NCBI GenBank assembly: GCA_963662665.2
Contig: CAXXJS010000030.1
Coordinates: 64,001 to 128,000, forward strand
Length of the DNA stretch: 64,000 bases
Direction of reading: 5' to 3'
DNA from: Candidatus Latescibacterota bacterium
Lineage (GTDB): Bacteria > Latescibacterota > UBA2968 > GCA-2709665
Shown here: positions 1 through 7,455 of the stretch, piece after piece
Layout: every line of letters starts with the position of its first letter
Position numbering within the stretch: position 1 is the stretch's first letter
Notes under the pieces: generated by a model
The model's input: only the letters and a program-made list of their open reading frames with translations
Databases searched by the model: none
What the model was told of the DNA's origin: nothing
Translations under genes and position numbers: made by a program

Positions 1-2
1 GG

Positions 3-188
3 GACCCGAGCACACGCGTACGGTTGTCCACAACCGGAGACGCCATCGTTTTTGCGTTTTCGGATCAAAACCTGAACGATCAGGTGACGGCTGATGAAAA
101 TGGATTCGAGATTCACGCAGGAAATGACCGACACGCGTTCGACGTGAACGGGGAGGTGGAGGAAATTTTGTCTGTGCGTCAAATATGA
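3..188 (+). CDS. 3' end of an unidentified gene (partial, runs off the window)
   Basis: Open frame from the window edge (DPSTRVRLSTTGDAIVFAFSDQ...EEILSVRQI) to TGA at 186-188; convergent with hsdR. Confidence 0.4.
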   Translation, partial: DPSTRVRLSTTGDAIVFAFSDQNLNDQVTADENGFEIHAGNDRHAFDVNGEVEEILSVRQI

Positions 189-245
189 CGCTCTTTAAAT
201 CTTTCAGGGCTATCGAATTTCAACCACCCATAGAGGTCATGCGAC

Positions 246-3200
246 TTAACTAACGACTTCCAGAAGCTCAGCGACAACCTGAAGCTTCCCCTCTTCCCTC
301 TCTCTCAGGACGATGGGTTCGAATTCGGGATTGTTGGGACGGAGCGTAATGAGTTCGTGCCGCCAGGATTCGCCATATTGGATCTTCTCGCTGTGATAAC
401 GCTTGATGGTGTAACGCTGGCCAGTTTCGGGATCGGTTGCGTCGCTGAGTTGCACCAGGACGGTCTTTCCCTGGCGTGTGCCTTCCACTGGAGCACGAAA
501 TAAACCATACGCTCCGTTGGGTACCGCGGGTTCCATTGATCGTCCTACGATCTGCGCGACAAACATACCTGGCCGGAGGCGATGGCGTGAATTCACGGAT
601 GCCCATTCGAATTCGCCGTCCTCGACGTGGTGCGGATCGCCGAATGCGCCAGCGGCCGCTTTGAGTGGAACGAACGGCACACATGAAACGTATCGTTCCT
701 CGGGACTACCTTCAACCAGTCTGAGTGCGGCCGGGAACCCGAGATCTGTCGCTGTTTCTTCTGTTACAGCCAAGTTGGATCGCAGCCGTCCATAGGCCTC
801 GGTGGCCATCCGATTGCGGATAGTATCCTGAAACGAGTCGTCGTTCATATATCGCTGAAAGATCGCCTCGTTTTGATCCATGCGTTCGACGAAGATCTGA
901 TCCAGGAGACTTCTAAACACCAGTTCGAATTTGTCCTTTGGATTTACCGTTGCCGCCTGACGCATTGCGACGTCAGCCATTGCAGCCTCGACGATATGAT
1001 CGAAGAAGAGTTGATCGGCCTGGTTGAAGTCGGTCCCGAAACGCTCGTTGACGACGTCGATCAGCTGGGAGAACGGGACGGACTCTTCGTGTACTTCGCC
1101 GGTGCCGACCTCTTTCGGGCCGTCCAGGGCGTGCGCGTCCCCCTCAGCCAGTGAAATCGAGCCTTCGCTGATCTTCTGCAGCCTGTAGTATTCCAGTTGC
1201 ACGTCGTCGTCAAAATGATAGGCCGGGCCGCTCCTGCGTTTTCGTAGTTTCGGCGACAGATGTCGAAGGAACACATGCAGGCGTTCGAGGTCCGAGTCCT
1301 GATACGGAATGATCTGGCTCAAAAACCCGTAGAGGTTGCGGAACGCCTGAATCTGTCCGCGAAGGAGTTCCGCGCCGTCTTCATTTTCTTCCCACATTTC
1401 GTTAAAGAGTGTGACCGCGGGATCAAGTGCAGCATTCATATCCTTGTGGTCTTGCACGGTCTGACGCTGCCTGGGCTTGAAATATACGGCACAGAACCTT
1501 TTGATTTCCTCATCCAGATAAATACCTGACGCGTCGAGGTCCCCTTTTACTTCGTACATTCTGGCGGGATCGACTTCCTCACCCATCTCCGCGCCTTCGA
1601 AGTAGACTTTGAACGCCTCCCGGATCTCTTCCCGGTCATTGACGAAGTCCAGCACGAATGTGTCCTCTTTGAGAGGATGGGTGCGGTTCAGGCGCGAAAG
1701 CGTCTGTACGGCCTGGATGCCTGCGAGTCGCTTGTCAACGTACATCGTGTGAAGTAGCGGCTGATCGAATCCGGTCTGGTATTTCTCCGCCACCAGCAGT
1801 ACCTGGTATTCCTGTGTCGCGAACTTCTCCGGAAGTTCCGTCTCGCGAATACCTTCGTTCATCTTTACTTCGGTGAACTCGACGCCCGGAAATTTGTCGT
1901 CTTGTACGGTACCCGAGAACGCGACCAGGGTTTTGATCGGATATCGCTTCTTTTCAATGTAATCATCAAAACTCTGCTTATAACGCACAGCTTTGAGGCG
2001 TGAGTCCGTCACCACCATGGCCTTGGCCCGACCGCCGATCTTGTGTCGCGTTACGGTCTGGAAGTGTTCCACCATTACTTCGGTTTTCTGTGCGATATTG
2101 TATGGGTGCAGCTGCATAAAGCGAGCCAGCCCGCGCGCCGCCTGTTTGCGCTCCACGTTTGGATCTTCTTCGCAGGCCTTGAGAAGTTTGAAGTAGGTCG
2201 CGTAGGTCGTGTAATGCTCAAGCACGTCGAGGATGAACCCTTCCTCAATTGCCTGCCGCATCGTGTATTTGTGGAATTGCTCTCCTTCGCGGCCAAACAC
2301 GGCAAGTGTCCTGTGTTTGGGCGTTGCCGTAAACGCGAAGAAACTCAGATTTTCCTGCCTGCCGCGCTTGGCCATGCTACGGAACAATTCTTCGAGATCC
2401 TCGCTCCCCTCCTCCTCAGCGCGTCTGCGCGCCTCTTCCCGAAGATCTCCTCCACCCAGGACCTCCCGGAGATGCGTCGAAGTCTCCCCGCCCTGAGAAC
2501 TGTGGGCTTCGTCGACGATGACCGCACATCGCCGTGAAGGAAGCGTACCGGACCCGGATGCGCCTTCTTCCTCAGCCATCTTGAGCAAATGTTGTGATAC
2601 GAATGGAAATTTCTGAAGTGTGGTGATGATGATCGGGACTGCATGTTCTAGGGCTTCTGCGAGTTGCCTGGACTGTTCGTCGATCTTCTGAACCACGCCA
2701 TGCTTGTGTTCAAATTGGTAGATGGTGTCTTGCAGTTGCTGGTCCAGGACGACGCGGTCAGTCACAACGATCACGCTATCGAAAACGCGTTCATTCTTCC
2801 TGTCGTGCAGGGAAGCGAGGCGGTGCGCAAGCCAGCCGATTGTGTTGCTCTTACCGCTGCCAGCCGAGTGTTCAACAAGGTAGTTGTTCCCCACGCCCTC
2901 GTCCCGGGCCGTTTTTACCAGTTTGCGAACAGCGTCGAGTTGGTGATATCTCGGGAAAATCATCGACTCGACCTTCACCTTGTGGCCCTGGTCGTCGCGT
3001 TTTTCCTCGATCTGCAGATGGATATAGCGAGCGAGAATGTCGAGCAGACTGTCGCGTTCGAACACTTCCTCCCAGAGGTATGCCGTCCGATAGTTCCGCC
3101 CGTTCGGATCGGGCGGGTTTCCCGCCCCACCATCATTGCCTTTGTCGAATGGCAGAAATTGAGTCGCTTCCCCGGCCAGTCGAGTGGTCATGCGTACGCA

Positions 3201-3782
3201 CTCGGTGTCGACTGCGAAATGAACGAGCGAACGCCGCTTGAAATCGAAGATCGGCTCTCTGGGATCACGGTCCAGACGATACTGGCGCATTGCGTCGTCG
3301 ACCGTCTGCCCCGTCAGCGGGTTTTTGAGTTCAACCGTAGCGACTGGTATACCGTTCAGACTTAACGTTACGTCGAGTGACTTCTCCGATCGAGGTGAGT
3401 ATCGAAGTTGGCGGGTGATTCCCAGCCGGTTTGCTGCGTAGCGTGCTTCGAGTTCCGGGTTCAACTCGTGCGCCGCTTTGAAGAACGCAGGGTACAGCGT
3501 CCGCCCGTAGCACTTGAAGCCGTGTCGCATAGTAGCCAGCGAACCGTTCACGTCCATCCATTTGCAAAGGTCCGTGAAAACCTGCTCTCCAGTTCTATCT
3601 CCGTGCAGCGCTTGCAGTCTGGCCCATTCTTTGGGTTGTGTCTCGCGAATGAACGCCAGAATGACGTCAGGAAAGATCGCCCGGTCCCGGTCAAAACCTC
3701 CTGCGGCGACGGTGACGTAACCATTCGCCAATAGATGTGATTCGATGACGGTCTCGAAGGCGGCTTCACTGGTTTGGTTCAT
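246..3782 (-). CDS. hsdR: Type I restriction enzyme subunit R with C-terminal S24 (LexA-like) peptidase domain
   Basis: Nuclease motif LDVTLSLNGIPVATVELKN, Walker A HSAGSGKS, DEAH box, FTATP, QTGFDQP, QTLSRLNR; tail PLKAAAG...GRSMEP...TIKRY. Confidence 0.95.
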   Translation of the reverse strand: MNQTSEAAFETVIESHLLANGYVTVAAGGFDRDRAIFPDVILAFIRETQPKEWARLQALHGDRTGEQVFTDLCKWMDVNGSLATMRHGFKCYGRTLYPAFFKAAHELNPELEARYAANRLGITRQLRYSPRSEKSLDVTLSLNGIPVATVELKNPLTGQTVDDAMRQYRLDRDPREPIFDFKRRSLVHFAVDTECVRMTTRLAGEATQFLPFDKGNDGGAGNPPDPNGRNYRTAYLWEEVFERDSLLDILARYIHLQIEEKRDDQGHKVKVESMIFPRYHQLDAVRKLVKTARDEGVGNNYLVEHSAGSGKSNTIGWLAHRLASLHDRKNERVFDSVIVVTDRVVLDQQLQDTIYQFEHKHGVVQKIDEQSRQLAEALEHAVPIIITTLQKFPFVSQHLLKMAEEEGASGSGTLPSRRCAVIVDEAHSSQGGETSTHLREVLGGGDLREEARRRAEEEGSEDLEELFRSMAKRGRQENLSFFAFTATPKHRTLAVFGREGEQFHKYTMRQAIEEGFILDVLEHYTTYATYFKLLKACEEDPNVERKQAARGLARFMQLHPYNIAQKTEVMVEHFQTVTRHKIGGRAKAMVVTDSRLKAVRYKQSFDDYIEKKRYPIKTLVAFSGTVQDDKFPGVEFTEVKMNEGIRETELPEKFATQEYQVLLVAEKYQTGFDQPLLHTMYVDKRLAGIQAVQTLSRLNRTHPLKEDTFVLDFVNDREEIREAFKVYFEGAEMGEEVDPARMYEVKGDLDASGIYLDEEIKRFCAVYFKPRQRQTVQDHKDMNAALDPAVTLFNEMWEENEDGAELLRGQIQAFRNLYGFLSQIIPYQDSDLERLHVFLRHLSPKLRKRRSGPAYHFDDDVQLEYYRLQKISEGSISLAEGDAHALDGPKEVGTGEVHEESVPFSQLIDVVNERFGTDFNQADQLFFDHIVEAAMADVAMRQAATVNPKDKFELVFRSLLDQIFVERMDQNEAIFQRYMNDDSFQDTIRNRMATEAYGRLRSNLAVTEETATDLGFPAALRLVEGSPEERYVSCVPFVPLKAAAGAFGDPHHVEDGEFEWASVNSRHRLRPGMFVAQIVGRSMEPAVPNGAYGLFRAPVEGTRQGKTVLVQLSDATDPETGQRYTIKRYHSEKIQYGESWRHELITLRPNNPEFEPIVLREREEGKLQVVAELLEVVS

Positions 3783-3911
3783 GTATTCTCGTAAGCATCA
3801 ATTTGGTCATTCGTGATCTTTGATTTGCATCTTGCAGAGAAACTGAGGCGGAGCTTTTGGAAAGCCATAGTATTGGTGCGACTTGGTGATCGTCAGTAGC
3901 TCCTTTACAAC

Positions 3912-5045
3912 TCATGCTGGTTCATGGTTTTTCAGATAGAGAACCCTTATCTCGCGGCCCGTGATAGCGACTTCCTCTATTTCCTCATCACAGTAAAATC
4001 TGTAACCCCCGCCGACCTCCAAACCATCTAGACTTGGCCCCCCTCCCTTAACCTTGCCCGAACGTTTTCCTTCGTTCGTGAGCAATCCCCAAGAGCCGTT
4101 TCCACGGTTAAATCTCTCGAAGGTTCCCTCCAGCGTTATTGATTCACTTCCCAGATTCGTAACACTCGAAAGCGTTTCTATCAGCTGGCTTGCCTCGGAC
4201 TGCGATACCGCGCGGCTGCTTGGGCGTTCTGATTTCGGTTCGGCCCACGAGTAGCGCAGCCCCGTTTCTCGTTCAACCAGAAAACGCAAGAGCTTCAGGT
4301 ATGTCCCTGCCAGGTGCCCACGTTGTTCCTTTACGGTGAGAAGTGTTTTCTGAGGGTTCGCAGTATCCTCAAATAACACATCGATTCGTCGCAGTGCTCT
4401 CGCAAGTTTACTGCCTCCGAAAAAATCCGCCATACTCGCGGCTTCTAGGACAATCTGAAATGATCCGGCTGCCGCTGGAATAACGACATCCATCATGTCT
4501 TCGTCCGGCTGCCGATAGCGAGGATCATCTCCCTTCATTTCTGCTTTGTAAGCGTACTTGACCATGCCCTGAACGAGATTCAACATCCCTGCGAGCGTAT
4601 TCACACGGATACGATGTTGCATCGCCGCCTCTGGTGGCTCTGCAACGACCTTAAGTACGAGGTTGTTGCGCTCCCGGGCTTCCCTGAGCACAGAATCGTC
4701 AGGAGAGCGGTCGTGTAACACAAAACCAGCATCTGGAAGAAATCCACTATCCATGAGCGTAGTAGACAGATTATTAAGCACTAGTGGATGGTCCAGGTCC
4801 GTATCTAATGTCGCCAGAAACCGTTCCTCTTCGTCCGATTTTATCAGCAATGAGCGAAGATCGACTGCGCCTGAACGGAACTCCCGCAATTGCTCGGGAG
4901 CGACACCGGCCACGAGATAACGTTCACTTAGATTATCAGACTCCACCATGACCGCAACATAGTGTCCACCGATCGCATCGTGGGCCTCGAAGACCTGGGG
5001 GCCATCGTAATAGAATAGAGTCCTGGTGTGTCGGATCTTTTTCAT
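3912..5045 (-). CDS. Hypothetical protein, DUF6575-like N-terminus
   Basis: 377-aa ORF; N-terminal LFYYDGPQVF..D..G.HY pattern recalled as DUF6575-like; ATGA overlap with the upstream small ORF. Confidence 0.65.
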   Translation of the reverse strand: MKKIRHTRTLFYYDGPQVFEAHDAIGGHYVAVMVESDNLSERYLVAGVAPEQLREFRSGAVDLRSLLIKSDEEERFLATLDTDLDHPLVLNNLSTTLMDSGFLPDAGFVLHDRSPDDSVLREARERNNLVLKVVAEPPEAAMQHRIRVNTLAGMLNLVQGMVKYAYKAEMKGDDPRYRQPDEDMMDVVIPAAAGSFQIVLEAASMADFFGGSKLARALRRIDVLFEDTANPQKTLLTVKEQRGHLAGTYLKLLRFLVERETGLRYSWAEPKSERPSSRAVSQSEASQLIETLSSVTNLGSESITLEGTFERFNRGNGSWGLLTNEGKRSGKVKGGGPSLDGLEVGGGYRFYCDEEIEEVAITGREIRVLYLKNHEPA

Positions 5046-5419
5046 TGGGTTTCCACTACACAGTTGGCCAAGATGTCAAAATCTGCTAGCGGCCACCAGG
5101 TATGATGTGACCGGTGTCCTGTCTGTAAAATGGAGCCTGCACCCGTTTCAAGTACTACTCGGCAAATTAAACGTTCGCGTAGGCTCGGGAGCATCAACGC
5201 CTTTTGGGAATGGCTTCGTTCAGCAAAAACAGATAGTCCCCTGGCCTGGCACTCGGAGATCTTGCCGAAGTCACGGTCCGGATTTTCAGCTCGCTGGGAT
5301 GCGAAGTCCTCCTCCGTCGGTGGGCTGGTTCGCACCAAGCGAAAAACCACTCGTGTTGCTGTAATGTCTTCTGCGACATCAGGTGGGCAACCTTCAGGTA
5401 ACTGCTCTCGGTAATTCAT
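5042..5419 (-). CDS. Small hypothetical protein with ADP-ribosyltransferase-like motif spacing
   Basis: 125 aa; LPEGCPP, VFRLV, CQARGLSVF, HHTWW; translationally coupled to 3912..5045. Confidence 0.6.
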   Translation of the reverse strand: MNYREQLPEGCPPDVAEDITATRVVFRLVRTSPPTEEDFASQRAENPDRDFGKISECQARGLSVFAERSHSQKALMLPSLRERLICRVVLETGAGSILQTGHRSHHTWWPLADFDILANCVVETQ

Positions 5420-5436
5420 AGGCTGACAGAGATTGC

Positions 5437-5805
5437 TTAGCTTGGTCGTTCAAGGCAATGCCGCCCTGGACGTCGAATTCTCCGGTCACCGAGGCAGTTT
5501 TGTGCGCGGAGCCGCGTTCTTTGATCAGAGGAAAAATATTGCTCGCGCTGGCTCGTAGCCAACAAGCCATCTGCGTCCATCCATTTGCACAGATCCGTCA
5601 AATCTTGTTCTCCCGTTCTGTCACCGTGGAACGCGTTGCGCCTAGCCCATTCCTTGGGCTGAGTCTCACGGATAAACGCAATTACGACGTCGGGCAAAAT
5701 CGCACGGTCGCGGTCGAAACCGCCTGCGGCGACGGTGAGGTAACCATTCGCCATTAGATGTGATTCAATGACCGTCTCAAAGGCAGCTTCAGTGGTTTCG
5801 CTCAC
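5437..5805 (-). pseudogene. hsdR: Truncated duplicate of the hsdR 5' end
   Basis: First ~84 codons (MSETTEAAFETVIESHL...DLCKWMDADGLLAT) nearly match HsdR residues 1-84, then similarity stops abruptly. Confidence 0.9.
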
Positions 5806-5865
5806 GTATCGACTCCCAAAAGGAACAGCGTCCAGTTGCGTCGTTATATCTTGAGTTTGGTTGTA

Positions 5866-7455
5866 TCAACCTTTGGACCTCTCACGTCTCCGAAGCCATT
5901 CGGAGTTATCTGTCGCTACGCGTGATAATCCTGATGCGAAGTGTTGTGCCACCCGCTGAGCGAAATCAGCTTTAAGATCTCCGATCCATTTGAATCTCAT
6001 TCCATCCGTGCACGTAAAGAAAAACTGTCCATCTGTGGCTTTCTCTGCAACTACGCACTTCTTAGAGTCATCCGGCGCAAACTTCGGCAGCAGCCATTGA
6101 GAAGGATTCGTGCATACGCTTCGACGTATATAGCCATCCTGGGCGTTTTTTACAACAACCTGAGTTTGTTTTTGCTGCGGGTTTATCAACGGTAACAAAG
6201 GGAAACACTCGTCACTTTGCAAGCGAACACTGTCACATCTCGGCCTCACACAGAGAAAGAATCCCCCTCCACCGTCGAGATTCTCTTGCTCAAGAGCAGT
6301 ACCCAATTGCAGTATGGGTGGCAGAGAATTGCTTACTGTCCGAAAGTTAAACATCCAGGCAAGCTGATGATCAAGGTCTTCCGATCCGTTTCCACTATTC
6401 GCAAATTTAGAGGATAGGGACCTGTAGTCTTGTCCGCTCAGCGAACTTAGATCTATGCCTTCCTTAAGTAGACGCAGAACATCGCTAAAGGATAGTTCCT
6501 TCTTCGGAAATTTAAATTTCATTTCTTGGCTGAAGTTCGAGTACAGCCAATCACTGACCGCATCGAGGCTCGCCGGATTCACTTCCATTATTGCGTCATC
6601 CATTATCGAATTCAACTCGCTATCAAGTAAGCTTACCATGTGCTGTTGAGAATCTTCCGGCGAGGAAAGACACGCACGATGTGCGAGGAACGCCGGATCA
6701 AGGTCTGCTGAAAAGGAATCGAGGACTCGATGTGCGTTCTCACGTACTGCTGCAAGTGATGTGAGCGCAATACTGGGCAGTAACCCCTTTGTCATATCTG
6801 CGAAGTCTTTAATGAGACGCTTCGCAATTTCACCCTCCGAAATTGCTCTATCCGTCAGCTCTGAGGGCAACAACGTCCCGGATTTCGCGTATATAACGAT
6901 ATGACAATGCCCATAGAAGAGATCGACACTCTGACCACACGGTTCAAAGTTCCAGCCTTGGTTACTCAACGCCCGCTTAATGCTCGTTTGTATTCCAATC
7001 AGGTCGTTTTCTCCGGTATAAATAGCGACCAGACGCAATCGGGCGACTTCGCTATTTTGCAGGAGGTTTTTCAACAATTTAAGGGTCCTCGCCCCATCGT
7101 CGTCGTGCAACTGCCAGTCCAATATCACAATGTCAGCCCGTCTCGCGGCTGGTAGTACACTAGCAACCAACGAATCATTTTCCCAAGGTGCCGTTACGGC
7201 GCAGATCAACCCTCGTTTGGCGAAGGTTTCTACTATCGTTCGTGCGTCCAAGCTGTGGGTAGTAGCCCTTCGTCTTGCATTTCTACCGTCAGGGACGGTT
7301 CCAACCGTGCGACGACTCGGAGTCTCCAAAGACTCGGTTGGCTTAGGCAAATCCGAAATCTGTGCTTCGTCATCCACGATTACGGCGGTAAGAAGAAATC
7401 GCTCTGCAATCTCAGCACATCGTTTCTCAAAATCGTCCATTTCAGTTGTTTCCAT
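5866..7455 (-). CDS. Response-receiver domain protein with an uncharacterised C-terminal domain
   Basis: VIVDDEA, ADIVILDWQL (phosphoacceptor Asp), IYTG; RBS AAGGAG before ATG 7455; overlaps the kinase stop. Confidence 0.8.
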   Translation of the reverse strand: METTEMDDFEKRCAEIAERFLLTAVIVDDEAQISDLPKPTESLETPSRRTVGTVPDGRNARRRATTHSLDARTIVETFAKRGLICAVTAPWENDSLVASVLPAARRADIVILDWQLHDDDGARTLKLLKNLLQNSEVARLRLVAIYTGENDLIGIQTSIKRALSNQGWNFEPCGQSVDLFYGHCHIVIYAKSGTLLPSELTDRAISEGEIAKRLIKDFADMTKGLLPSIALTSLAAVRENAHRVLDSFSADLDPAFLAHRACLSSPEDSQQHMVSLLDSELNSIMDDAIMEVNPASLDAVSDWLYSNFSQEMKFKFPKKELSFSDVLRLLKEGIDLSSLSGQDYRSLSSKFANSGNGSEDLDHQLAWMFNFRTVSNSLPPILQLGTALEQENLDGGGGFFLCVRPRCDSVRLQSDECFPLLPLINPQQKQTQVVVKNAQDGYIRRSVCTNPSQWLLPKFAPDDSKKCVVAEKATDGQFFFTCTDGMRFKWIGDLKADFAQRVAQHFASGLSRVATDNSEWLRRRERSKG

